The notes under the pieces: generated by a model
What the model was told of the DNA's origin: nothing
The model's input: the letters and a program-made list of their open reading frames with translations, nothing else
Databases searched by the model: none
Source: Macrostomum lignano
Taxonomy: Eukaryota
NCBI GenBank assembly: GCA_002269645.1
Contig: NIVC01000010.1
Coordinates: 558,001 to 622,000 of the forward strand
DNA length: 64,000 bases
Direction of reading: 5' to 3'
Part shown: positions 44,341 to 64,000 of the stretch, piece by piece
Layout: each line of letters begins with the position of its first letter
Position numbering within the stretch: the stretch's first letter is position 1
Translations under genes and position numbers: made by a program

Positions 44341-45095
44341 TCTCGTCTTTGAAGTTGATCCCTTCTCAGTTTCGAATTTACCGTAACAGTAAAAAAGCTT
44401 ATAAAAAAAACTGTCCTGAAAAGGGCCGTTTTAGTTTTTTAATTCATTAGGCCCTAGCAAAAATTCATAAAAATTAATGATTTAGCATTTTTTAATTTAT
44501 TTTTTTCTTATGAATTTATAGTTAAATCTTATTCGTTTGGTAGAACAGAAGTTTGATTATTATCTACTTATTTTGGGGCAAACAAGTGTTATGGAACGCC
44601 ATGACTCAGGCTTGTTTTAAATTTCTGCCAAGTATGTTGTTTTCTTGTTTTTTAATTACAATTCATATTAAATTTCAATGCGCAGAACTGATTTATTGAT
44701 TAATTATCTAACTTCTTGCTGTTTTTTCTTAACTTGCGTCTGTCAGCTCTCAACATTATGCTACTTATTAGCAGTAGTGCGTAGAGAGAATTAAAGCCTA
44801 GTTGTTATTTCTTATATCGATTTTAGCCTTCGTGATTTCATTCTAAATATTTGAAAATAGTTTCTGTCTTGGAAATGCGAAAATAAACAAAATAAATTTG
44901 TCCTAACTTGGTCTGTTATCAATTTGTTTCAATGCAAAGACAGCTGCTGTAGGCTTGATGAGTTCTTTTTCCTAGAATAGGATAATTAAGGCATAAAACT
45001 GTTCAATTATTTCAGTTACCCAACCGGTTCATCGACCGGAGGAACTACGCAGCAGGGACGAAACTTTTGAAGTTGCGAACCAAATTTATTGAATT

Positions 45096-47323
45096 AGTAA
45101 GTTCTCGTCTTTTTACTATGCTGTTTGTCGATTATACACATTACACATTCGAAATTTCGAGCTTGCGAAGCTTCGAGCTTGTGTGAAGCTTCGAGCTTGT
45201 GTGAAGCTTCGAGCTTGTGTGAAGCTTCGAGCTTGTGTGAAGCTTAGAGCTTGTGAAGCTTCGAGCTTGTGTGAAGCTTCGAGCTTGTGTGAAGCTTCGA
45301 GCTTGTGTGAAGCTTCGAGCTTGTGTGAAGCTTCGAGCTTGTGTGAAGCTTCGAGCTTGTGTGAAGCTTCGAGCTTGTGTGAACCTTCGAGCTTGTGTGA
45401 AGCTTCGAGCTTGTGTGAAGCTTAGAGCTTGTGAAGCTTCGAGCTTGTGAAGCTTAGAGCTTGTGAAGCTTCGAGCTTGTGTGAAGCTTCGAGCTTGTGA
45501 AGCTTCGAGCTTGTGTGAAGCTTCGAGCTTGTGTGAAGCTTCGAGCTTGTGTGAAGCTTCGAGCTTGTGAAGCTTCGAGCTTGTGTGAAGCTTCGAGCTT
45601 GTGTGAACCTTCGAGCTTGTGTGAAGCTTCGAGCTTGTGTGAAGCTTAGAGCTTGTGAAGCTTCGAGCTTGTGAAGCTTAGAGCTTGTGAAGCTTCGAGC
45701 TTGTGTGAAGCTTCGAGCTTGTGAAGCTTCGAGCTTGTGTGAAGCTTCGAGCTTGTGTGAAGCTTCGAGCTTGTGTGAAGCTTCGAGCTTGTGAAGCTTC
45801 GAGCTTGTGTGAAGCTTCGAGCTTGTGAAGCTTCGAGCTTGTGTGAAGCTTCGAGCTTGTGTGAAGCTTCGAGCTTGTGCGAAGCTTCGAGCTTGTGCGA
45901 AGCTTCGAGCTTGTGTGAAGCTTCGAGCTTGTGTGAAGCTTCGAGCTTGTGTGAAGCTTCGAGCTTGTGTGAAGCTTCGAGCTTGTGTGAAGCTTCGAGC
46001 TTGCGAAGCTTCGAGCTTGTGTGAAGCTCGAGCTTGTGTGAAGCTTCGAGCTTGTGTGAAGCTTCGAGCTTGTGTGAAGCTTCGAGCTTGTGTGAAGCTT
46101 AGAGCTTGTGAAGCTTCGAGCTTGTGAAGCTTAGAGCTTGTGAAGCTTCGAGCTTGTGTGAAGCTTCGAGCTTGTGAAGCTTCGAGCTTGTGTGAAGCTT
46201 CGAGCTTGTGTGAAGCTTCGAGCTTGTGTGAAGCTTCGAGCTTGTGAAGCTTCGAGCTTGTGAAGCTTAGAGCTTGTGAAGCTTCGAGCTTGTGTGAAGC
46301 TTCGAGCTTGTGTGAAGCTTCGAGCTTGTGTGAAGCTTCGAGCTTGTGAAGCTTCGAGCTTGTGAAGCTTCGAGCTTGTGTGAAGCTTAGAGCTTGTGAA
46401 GCTTCGAGCTTGTGTGAAGCTTAGAGCTTGTGTGAAGCTTCGAGCTTGTGTGAAGCTTCGAGCTTGTGTGAAGCTTCGAGCTTGTGAAGCTTCGAGCTTG
46501 TGTGAAGCTTCGAGCTTGTGTGAAGCTTCGAGCTTGTGAAGCTTCGAGCTTGTGTGAAGCTTCGAGCTTGTGTGAAGCTTCGAGCTTGTGAAGCTTCGAG
46601 CTTGTGTGAAGCTTCGAGCTTGTGTGAATCTTCAAGCTTGTGAAGCTTCGAACTTGTGAAATATCAAATTTCTGAAATTTCGAGCTTGTAAAACGGCGCA
46701 GTTAATCCTACTTGCAGTAGTTGCCTTAAATTTTAATTCCAGTGTCAGCCGGCTCAGAGTTCAGCGTCTCGGCCGTCAGTTTAAAAGCGCAAAAGAAATT
46801 AGCCAGCAGGTTTTCTACCCGAAAATGCGCCCGTGTGGTGCTGGACGATCTGGCCAGCGGCTTGCTGGACCGGCTGCACAAGCTCGTGTCCCTCTGCCTC
46901 AACTCGCGCAAAGACGCAGATAAAACGGTTAAAAATCTCATCAAAGTGGCAGTTAAAGCCGCCCTGTTGGCTAAGAATGAGCAGTTTAACGACGCCGAAT
47001 TGGCTATTGGCCGGCAGCTCAATGCCCGACTGCGCCACCTGCTAATGACCCTGATTAGTTTCCACCGGGTAGATTTCACCTACGATCGGCAGCATCTGAT
47101 TGGACTGCTGAACGAGTTCCGCGATCTGCTGGACCGGCTGTTAGGCGATCACGTGACCCAGAAGTCGCACGACCGTCTGGCCGATGCGTTTCAATGCCTG
47201 ACTAAGCCGGAGCTGTTGGACGAGTTGTACGGCGGCGCGACGCCGGGGAGTCGGGTTCACTCTGAGATGCAGCTGTTGTGCAGAGACGCCGATCTGTTTC
47301 TTGAGCAGCGCTGGTCTGCTTGA
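45096..47323 (+). CDS. TNFAIP8: TNFAIP8/TIPE-family protein (193 aa); A at 45096 spliced to 46743-47323
   Basis: LKAQKKLASRF, VKNLIKVAVKAALLAKNEQFN, ISFHRVDFTYDR, HVTQKSHDRL. The ORF has no genomic ATG; upstream exon 45016-45096 ends in A before gtaagt, and ttccag|TG completes ATG. Confidence 0.92.
45155..46690. repeat. 18/16-bp minisatellite (gaagcttcgagcttgtgt)
   Basis: About 85 copies filling the TNFAIP8 intron; rich in AAGCTT palindromes. Confidence 0.97.
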
Positions 47324-47384
47324 TGACGTCATTAGAGACTTTGGGAAAAGTCCATCTCAACTCTCTTCTCATCTCCCTCATTTT

Positions 47385-47770
47385 TGTCCGAGTGACTGTG
47401 TCCGAGTGGCTTTGTGTCCGAGTGACTGTGTCCGAGTGACTTTGTGTCCGAGTGACTTTGTGTCCGAGTGACTTTGTGTCCGAGTGACTTGTGTCCGAGT
47501 GACTTTGTGTCCGAGTGGCTTTGTGTCCGAGTGACTTTGTGTCTGAGTGACTTTGTGTCCGAGTGACTTTGTCCGAGTGACTTTGTGTCCGAGTGGCTTT
47601 GTGTCCGAGTGACTTTGTGTCCGAGTGACTTTGTGTCCGAGTGACTTGTGTCCGAGTGACTTTTTAATTTTTTTTGTGTCCGAGTGACTGTTTAAATTAT
47701 TTTGTGTCCGAGTGACTTTGCTTGAGTGACTTTGTGTCTAAATAAATTCGTGTCCGAGTGACCTTAAGTC
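47385..47770. repeat. ~17-bp minisatellite (ttgtgtccgagtgactt)
   Basis: Downstream of TNFAIP8. Confidence 0.92.
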
Positions 47771-48439
47771 CTCAGATTTATCTCAGCTTCATTTCCTGCA
47801 ACTATGAAAATCAGTGCTTTGCTCCAACAATGTTTTTCCATTTCTACTATATATTCCATCTGCCAATGATGCACGCAGCAATTTTATTTCAAATATTGGT
47901 GCCAATGCAAATTGATCACATATATATGATATTTTTATAAAAGCGTTTGTTTCTTCCATGGCCTTTTTATGGTTAGGGATATGGTTGCCTCTCAAATGTT
48001 TAACATGTTGAGCATGTAAAGTTTCCTTTGCTTTATTTTTATACTATAAATTTCTATTGGCGCTAATGGCTTCTATATTGTGGTGCGTTTTAAATCATAA
48101 TCCATGCCCAGCTCTGAATATATAAATCCAGTATTTTATCATCTAATATCATTTGTAATTGCTTGCGTCAATTGTACAATAGTTTACTGCTACGAGTAAA
48201 TGGAACATTCAAATACTACATCATTTTTGTTTTACTATATGACGATCGTAAATATATGTTGCCGCTGCGTTAATTTTTCGCGGCAGCGATTATTGCGGTA
48301 TTTCTGGCCAATTCGAGCGAATTTTTTTAAGTCGAATTGCCCAGACCAGTTTTTATCTCTGATAGCTCGTAATTATAAACTTTCTCGTTTGTTTCTTCAT
48401 CTTTTCAGTTTGGTTGGCGGGGCAAAGGATTGATGTGTT

Positions 48440-48905
48440 AGGGTAAGGGAGTGAGGTCGTGGGTAAAGGAGTGAGGTGGTGGGTAAAGGAGTGAGGCGGT
48501 GGGTAAACAAGTGAGGTGGTGGGTGAGGGAGTGACGTGGTGGGTAAGGGAGTGAGGTGGTGGGTACGGAGTGAGGTCGTGGGTAAAGGAGTGAGGTGGTG
48601 GGTAAAGGAGTGAGGCGGTGGGTAAACAAGTGAGGTGGTGGGTGAGGGAGTGACGTGGTGGGTAAGGGAGTGAGGTGGTGGGTAAGGGAGTGAGGTGGTG
48701 GGTAAGGGAGTGAGGTGGTGGGTAAGGGAGTGAGGTGGTGGGTAACGGAGTAAGGTGGTGGGTACGGAGTGAGGTGATGTGGTGGGTAAGAAAGTGAGGT
48801 GGTAGTTAAGGGAGTGAGGTGGGCAAAGGAGTGTGTATTGGGTAACGGAGTGAGGTGGTAGTTAAGGGAGTGAGGTGGTAGTTAAGGGAGTGAGGTGGTG
48901 GGGCA
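48440..48905. repeat. 20-bp minisatellite (ggtaagggagtgaggtggtg)
   Basis: Tandem G-rich array. Confidence 0.92.
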
Positions 48906-49455
48906 AGGGAAACATTTTAGGCACGCAGTAAAAAGTGGCAAACATACTTAATAACTGAAGTTATCATTTCTGTGCATGAAATACGAGGGTAAATTTTACT
49001 TCTAGTTTTGCAATGTACATGCTTTGAAATTTTAACACCATATAATGTTTTCAACTTGTGCATAGATATTACTTTTATGCTTATGTAATACGGTGTAACT
49101 TTTTTTCACGAATCCTCTGATCCATGTCTAAATGATTGTTTTTTACTTCGAGCTCATACGAGCATTTTACGAGTTTTCGACCGGCTGCACGAATAGGCAC
49201 AATTACTATAGCGAATACGCCCATGCAGTAAGTAGTAACACAGCGATTTAGTTGTCACGCCTCTGTGACGTATGAAAGATTTCTCCATTTATTAAAATAC
49301 GCGACAGAACAGGAAAGCAATAATAGAAACTACATGTAGAAAGTGTGCGCATTCTTGTGGCTGGTGAGGCTGAGGTTCCCACGATGTTGGGGTTATAAAA
49401 CTGTTTCCTCTCTGTGAAAATGGCACACATGCATGCAGGCCAGTAATAATTAGCC

Positions 49456-52400
49456 ATGGCTCGCAGGAACTCCATCGTAGACAACAGACACGGCAATCTG
49501 ATAGTCACCGGGCCAAGACTTCGTCATGATCAGCATCAACAGCAGCAGCATCGCCTGCGCGACGGGGTCAGGCCGGGACACGTCAGCTCTCAGGTGAACA
49601 TGTTCTCCCAGATGATTCGCTCAGCTGGCGAGCTGAGAAGTCCTCGAGTAGCCGGGGGTAAGCGGCAGCAGCAGAGGTCCAGGAGACCCAGCAGTTCAAC
49701 TGTGATCGGTTTTGCCGAAGTCGGCCGGCCCGCTAAGCTGCAGGTCGTCAATAGCGACTTGTCGATGGGGTCGAAGGGAACCGGCGATCGGGGGGTCTAT
49801 GCTGCCGACGAGTGGGCGGTGTACGCCGAGGGGACGGAGCCCAAGAAATCCAAGCAGGAAAGAGGAAGTTCCAATCGAAGGTTTGTGTAAAAATGTGCTG
49901 AAGTATGGGTTTAGTCCATTGTAACTCTTTCATGCAGCTACTTTGCCTAACACCCACTCCAACAACAACACTCCACGCCAACCACCTCGCTCCATGTCAA
50001 CCACCTCACTCCACGATAACCACCTCACTCCACGCCAACCCTCACTCCACGCCAATCTCCAGACCAAGTGGTACAAGCAAGAATTTTAATTATAAGGGGC
50101 CGCAGCACGAAGAGGCGTCAATGTTTGGTTTCGTCGAGCGTTTGGGGCGTGCGCCCCCTGCCCCCGTCTCCGTACGTCGCCACTGACCACACCCACCACC
50201 TTACTCAACACTCACCACCTCACTCAACACCCACCACCTCACTCAACACCCACCACCTCACTCAACACCCACCACCTCACTCAACACCCACCACCTCACT
50301 CAACACCCACCACCTCACTCAACAATCACCACCTCACTCAATACCCACCACCTCACTCAACACTCACCACCTCACTCAACACCCACCACCTCACTCAACA
50401 CCCACCACCTCACTCAACACTCACCACCTCACTCAACACCCACCACCTCACTCAACACCCACCACCTCACTCAACAATCACCACCTCACTCAATACCCAC
50501 CACCTCACTCAACACTCACCACCTCACTCAACACCCACCACCTCACTCAACAATCACCACCTCACTCAATACCCACCACCTCACTCAACACTCACCACCT
50601 CACTCAACACCCACCACCTCACTCAACACCCACCGCCTCACTCAACAACCACCACCTCACTCAACACTCACCACCTCACTCAACACCCACCACCTCACTC
50701 AACAACCACCACCTCACTCAATACCCACCACCTCACTCAACACTCACCACCTCACTCAACACCCACCACCTCACTCAACACCCTCCACCTTACTCAACAC
50801 CCACCACCTCACTCAACACCCACCACCTCACTCAACACCCACCACCTCACTCAACAACCACCACCTTACTCAACACTCACCACCTCACACAACACCCACC
50901 ACCTCACTCAACACCACCACCTCACTCAACAACCACCACCTCACTCAATACCCAGCACTTCACTCCAGACCCACCACCTCACTTAACACCCACCACCTCA
51001 CTCAACACTCACCACCTCACTCAACACCCACCACCTCACTCAATACCCACCACCTCACTCAACACCCTCCACCTCACTCAACACCCACCACCTCACTCAA
51101 CACCCACCACCTCACTCAACAACCACCACCTCACTCAACACTCACCACCTCACTCAACACCCACCACCTCACTCAACACCCACCGCCTCACTCAACACTC
51201 ACCACCTCACTCAACACCCACCACCTCACTCAACACCCTCCACCTTACTCAACACCCACCACCTCACTCAACACCCACCACCTCACTCAACACTCACCAC
51301 CTCACTCAACACCCACCACCTCACTCAACACCCACCACCTCACTCAACAACCACCACCTCACTCAACACTCACCACCTCACTCAACACCCACCACCTCAC
51401 TCAACACCCACCGCCTCACTCAACACTCACCACCTCACTCAACACCCACCACCTCACTCAACACCCTCCACCTTACTCAACACCCACCACCTCACTCAAC
51501 ACCCACCACCTCACTCAACACCCACCAACTCACTCAACAACCACCACCTTACTCAACACCCACCGCCTCACTCAACACTCACCACCTCACTCAACACCCA
51601 CCACCTCACTCAACACCCTCCACCTTACTCAACACCCACCACCTCACTCAACACTCACCACCTCACTCAACACCCACCACCTCACTCAATACCCACCACC
51701 TCACTCAACACTCACCACCTCACTCAACACCCACCACCTCACTCAACACCCACCACCTCACTCAACAACCACCACCTCACTCAACACTCACCACCTCACT
51801 CAACACCCACCACCTCACTCAACACCCACCGCCTCACTCAACACTCACCACCTCACTCAACACCCACCACCTCACTCAACACCCTCCACCTCACTCAACA
51901 CCCACCACCTCACTCAACACCCACCACCTCACTCAACAACCACCACCTTACTCAACACCCACATCAGCAACCTACGCCTGAATATGTCCACTAAGTCTAG
52001 TCGATTCATCGCTACACTGTTTATTATTAAAAATTCTTCAACCAGCAGTCACCAGCAGCAGCAGCAATCTGAACGCTACAAAGCCGACGAGTGGGCCGTT
52101 TACGCCGAGGAGACGGAGCTCAAGAAACCCAAGCAGGAAAGGGGAAGTTCCGATCGAAGGTTTGTGTAAAAATGTGCCGAAGTATGGGTGTATAGTCTAT
52201 CGTAACATCCGCAAGCCTTTTGATTGGACGCATCCCTTTCATACAACTCCCAAGCCTAACATCCACCCACCACCGCGCCACACCCTTTTGCATCCTCCCT
52301 CTACGCCATCAACCACCTAATTTCACGCCAACCATCTCACTTCACGCCCACTACCTGGCTCAACACCCACCACCGCACTCAACACCCACCACCGCACTTC

Positions 52401-53698
52401 ACACCCACCCCCTCACTCCAGACCTACCCTACCATCCCATCGCCTGAATATGTCCATAATGTCTAGTTGATCTATCACTAAACTGTATATTAAAAACCTT
52501 CAACCGGCAGTCAGCACCAGCAGCAATCTGAACTCTACAAAGCCGACGAGTGGGCCGTTTACGCCGAGACGCCTCCATCCCCGACGCCCGACCGCACCGT
52601 CCTTCTGCCAGAGCCAGTAGGCCCCGCTGTTGCCAGGGCTACAACCAAAACAAGCGCCACAAGAACAACAACAACATCTTCAGCAGCTTTTGCCCGTCAG
52701 CAGCTTTACTCTGAACAGCGACTCAGACGAGAAGCCATGGAATCGACGGATGGCCGGCCGTCAGTGCTCCATAAATCTTCCTCAGACTACAAAACAAAAG
52801 ATGACAACAAATTTCTCAAAGAAGAATGGACAGTCTACGAGACAATTCCGTTGGTAACTGCAGCTGCAGACTCTGGGTTGGACAGAGGCGTCAATGAAGA
52901 ATCCGACGGAGTAGTTGGTTACAGAAGATACTTAGCAGACGATGGTGCTCAGTTGAGCTCGAGGAAGACAATGCAGTCTGCTTCTACTCGTACCAGGACA
53001 GCAGGAACTGCGGCTTCGAATCTCGATGCGGCGAAGGAGTTTGCCGAGCGGAAGTCGCGAGACGGCCTGTCCAGGAGGCGGGTGACGACGCCAGTTCGGC
53101 TGCAGAAGTGGACCGAGGTGCGCGAGCTCGAGACGGTTGAAGAAGTCGACGCTAAGCCTGAATTGCCTACGCCCCGGATGTCGGGCTATGAAGCTGAGGG
53201 GCTTCATCGTCTGGAACAGCGGCAGCGCGTTGAGTCGCATCGCTCTCAGACTCAATCTCCGCTTGGCTACAAGCGCTATCTGACAATGGACGAGATCGAT
53301 TACCGTAGGACAAACAGTTCGACTGGAAATATTGTGCATGGTGAGCAGCAACTCTGGCTCGTGTAGAAGCTCAGATGAAGATGGATTTCGACCTATATAG
53401 AAATTTTATCTAGCATGGAGGCAAGGTGCGGGTTGGCCCTATTGAGCGTATCTCCGAGCCACTCTACCCCTGAAGGATAGAGAGTTATTAAGCGATTGAA
53501 ATTGTTAAACTACGAGTATTATAACCCTGTGCCTCTTTCACATTCCTGACAGCTTCCAACCAGAGGAGTCCCGATGCGTATTACTACTTCTACTCTGACG
53601 AGACTGAGAAACGCCGCGGTCACCGTCGAGATCAGAAAACTCCGAAGAGTCGCGTCTACAAGCGAGCTAATTTGAGAAGCTACGAGTTTACTAAATAG
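49456..53698 (+). CDS. Uncharacterised orphan protein (~503 aa) with repeated ADEWAVYAE motif; exons 49456-49880, 52049-52159, 52511-53340, 53553-53698
   Basis: Three GT-AG introns (phases 2,2,1) join into one open frame ending RANLRSYEFTK*. Exon 2 is a symmetric duplicate of flanking exon sequence. No family recognised. Confidence 0.68.
50190..51960. repeat. 18-bp minisatellite (caccacctcactcaacac), ~1.8 kb
   Basis: Intron 1 of the orphan gene; source of the spurious 637-aa ORF. Confidence 0.97.
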
Positions 53699-53749
53699 AT
53701 AGTTATATTTGTATTCTGTTTCTGTACTTGAGTTGATGAGTGCAGCTGG

Positions 53750-54017
53750 GAGCGAGGTGGTGAGTGCGGAGCGAGGTGGTGAGTGCGGAGTGAGGTGGTG
53801 GGTGCGGAGTGAGGTGGTGGGTGCGGAGTGAGGTGGTGGGTGCGGAGTGAGGTGGTGGGTGCGGAGTGAGGTGGTGGGTGCGGAGTGAGGTGGTGGGTGC
53901 GGAGTGAGGTGGTGGGTGCGGAGTGAGGTGGTGGGTGCGGAGTGAGGTGGTGGGTGCGGAGTGAGGTGGTGGGTGCGGAGTGAGGTGGTGGGTGCGGAGT
54001 GAGGTGGTGGGTGCGGA
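53750..54017. repeat. 18-bp near-perfect minisatellite (gtgcggagtgaggtggtg)
   Basis: About 14 copies. Confidence 0.96.
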
Positions 54018-54914
54018 TTGATAGTCGGTGCGCGATTGCTTTCCTTTCTTTTTACTGGTGTAGTTAATAAAAGCAATCATTACAGCAGCAATATTTTACG
54101 ATATAATACGCTCATAACATAGCACAACCACAGCACTAAAACTGTGACGTATAACGTGTTTATAATGTTTTACTTGCGAAAGCATATATGCTCGTACATG
54201 TACATGTAGTTACGTACTATATTATGTCATACATTTTAAAAGTAGCGCAACGTTGAGTTCTCTCCGGATAAAAAAAGTAAATATGATATTTGTTTTCATA
54301 GTTTTATGACACACGAACGACTCTTTTGCAGAGGAATTCAGTTTCAAATACTTTTATTTCTTATTGTTGTCGTACTACTTACAGTAGTAAGCTCAGATAT
54401 TTTAGCGTAGCTGAAATTTTATACTACATTCAAATTCTGTGTTTGACCATGTATAAAGAAATCAAGCGCGTTATGAAGTCAGATATGAAAATGTTTTATG
54501 AATTTCTTTAGGTGAGTATATTTGTCTGAATGGCAAAAGTGCAAAAATATATTAGTATGACGAAACATGCCAAACTTAAATTTCAGTCTGCACAATTGTG
54601 TCATATCGCACTTTTCCATGTTAAAAAAATTAATAATTACGTTTTTGATATTCCGTCTGCTGGCCTAAAACAGTTAAAATTCAATTCTTTGCAATCTCTA
54701 AAAAACAACTTTTAAATCATTTTGTTTAAATCTTCAATGGCAAGTTTTTAATAGTTAGTGGAGGCGGAGCTTTCCAGGGCGCATAAATAGATTACAAACA
54801 ATAATTCGTTCATGAAAACACATGTAGTTTGTCGTAAAGATAATGTATTCAAATAAAGCAAGCAAATTCACCATGCAAAAGCAAAAAAAAGTGTACTAAA
54901 TCTGTGTAGGTTCT

Positions 54915-55630
54915 TTCAGTTTGATCCCCTTTCAGTCTGATCCCCACCAGTCTGATCCCCTTCAGTCTGATCCCCTCCAGTCTGATCCCCTTCAGTCTGA
55001 TCCCCTCCAGTCTGATCCCCTCCAGTCTGATCCCCTCCAGTCTGATCCCCTCCAGTCTGATCCCCTCCAGTCTGATCCCCTTCAGTCTGATCCCCTCCAG
55101 TCTGATCCCCTCCAGTCTGATCCCCTCCAGTCTGATCCCCTCCAGTCTGATCCCCTTCAGTCTGATCCCCTCCAGTCTGATCCCCTCCAGTCTGATCCCC
55201 TCCAGTCTGATCCCCTCCAGTCTGATCCCCTCCAGTCTGATCCCCTTCAGTCTGATCCCCTCCAGTCTGATCCCCTCCAGTCTGATCCCCTCCAGTCTGA
55301 TCCCCTCCAGTCTGATCCCCACCAGTCTGATCCACTTCAGTCTGATCCACTTCATTTTGATCCCCTTCAGTCTGATACACATAAATTTGATCCCATTCAG
55401 TCTGATCCCCTCCAGTCTGATCCCCTCCAGTCTGATCCCCTCCAGTCTGATCCCCTCCAGTCTGATCCCCTCCAGTCTGATCCCCACCAGTCTGATCCAC
55501 TTCAGTCTGATCCACTTCATTTTGATCCCCTTCAGTCTGATACACATAAATTTGATCCCATTCAGTCTGATCCCCTCCAGTCTGATCCCCTCTAGTCTGA
55601 TCCCCTCCAGTCTGATCCCCCTAAATCTGA
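54915..55630. repeat. 15-bp minisatellite (cagtctgatcccctc)
   Basis: About 47 copies, with a higher-order duplication at 55320-55630. Confidence 0.96.
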
Positions 55631-55776
55631 TCTAATTAAGACAAATATTTCTTAATATTCGGCTTGAGAATGAAATAGGCATCCTATACTTATTTGGTCT
55701 GAAAACAAATCAGTTTTTCACAACTGAAGTTTTATGCAGGTATTAAAAGTTATAGTCAAACTAAGCTAGCGTAAAC

Positions 55777-62706
<6,930 letters not shown>

Positions 62707-62739
62707 CTGCGGGAGTAGGCAAGGGTAGCTGGCAGGTAG

Positions 62740-63441
<702 letters not shown>

Positions 63442-63874
63442 GCACGCCATTTAGTTGAATTTCCAAAGCAATTTATGAAAACATTAACAACAAGTAGACT
63501 AAAAGAACTGGACACAGCCAGAATCTTTCCATTTCAAAATCTGCAAACAATGTAGCATTTGATAGATTGCGCTATTTTCTCTTACCAGCAAACCGAATGC
63601 AAATGAAACCTAATTTGCACTCTTTCGAATAGGCATTGAAAGTCTTAGGCAAGCAATCGCCCACTTACCCCGCCTGGCCCCCCTAGCAACAAGCCTAAAG
63701 TTACATTCCAGACTTAATTGCTTACTACTTTCTAAAGTCAGCTTCAATTTCAGTGGTTGGGTTAAAAAAAAAAAAAAAAGCTCCTGACTACGTGAACTTA
63801 AGTGCTAGTTAGTAGGGTCTACTGACCCACCTACATTCTTACACCCGTACGTACCTGCTTGGGACGCGAATTTT

Positions 63875-64000
63875 ACCTGTTAGATAGGCTACCAACCTGT
63901 TAGATAGGCTACCAACCTGTTAGATAGGCTACCTACCTGTTAGATAGGCTAACCTACCTGTTAGATAGGCTACCTACCTGTTAGATAGGCTACCTACCTC
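63875..64000. repeat. 20-bp minisatellite (acctgttagataggctacca/acct), runs off the window
   Basis: About 6 copies. Confidence 0.92.

Overview
Eukaryotic animal genomic DNA, not prokaryotic. GC-rich coding exons are separated by introns filled with mini- and microsatellites. This architecture and the gene set suggest a free-living flatworm such as Macrostomum lignano (inference, not verified). By manual splice-site and phase reconstruction I find 11 protein-coding genes: INTS6 (3' part), a PTAR1-like gene, an unnamed coiled-coil gene, a muscarinic/aminergic-like GPCR, a TEX36 (HDNR) homologue, TTC30/IFT70, RPAP3, TMEM41B, TNFAIP8, an orphan gene with a duplicated exon, and ARHGEF17 (3' part). 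There are also about 40 distinct tandem-repeat arrays, three tRNA-type SINE copies and three small hAT-like elements with 8-bp target-site duplications. Most long ORFs in the supplied track are repeat artefacts. I see no CRISPR, rRNA or true tRNA gene, and no clearly new multi-gene system. The best leads are: a duplicated exon-intron unit in which only one copy grew a minisatellite, a TNFAIP8 start codon made by splicing, 47/58-bp hAT-like elements, possible trans-spliced operons, and an atypical GPCR. All gene names come from recalled family motifs, not database searches.
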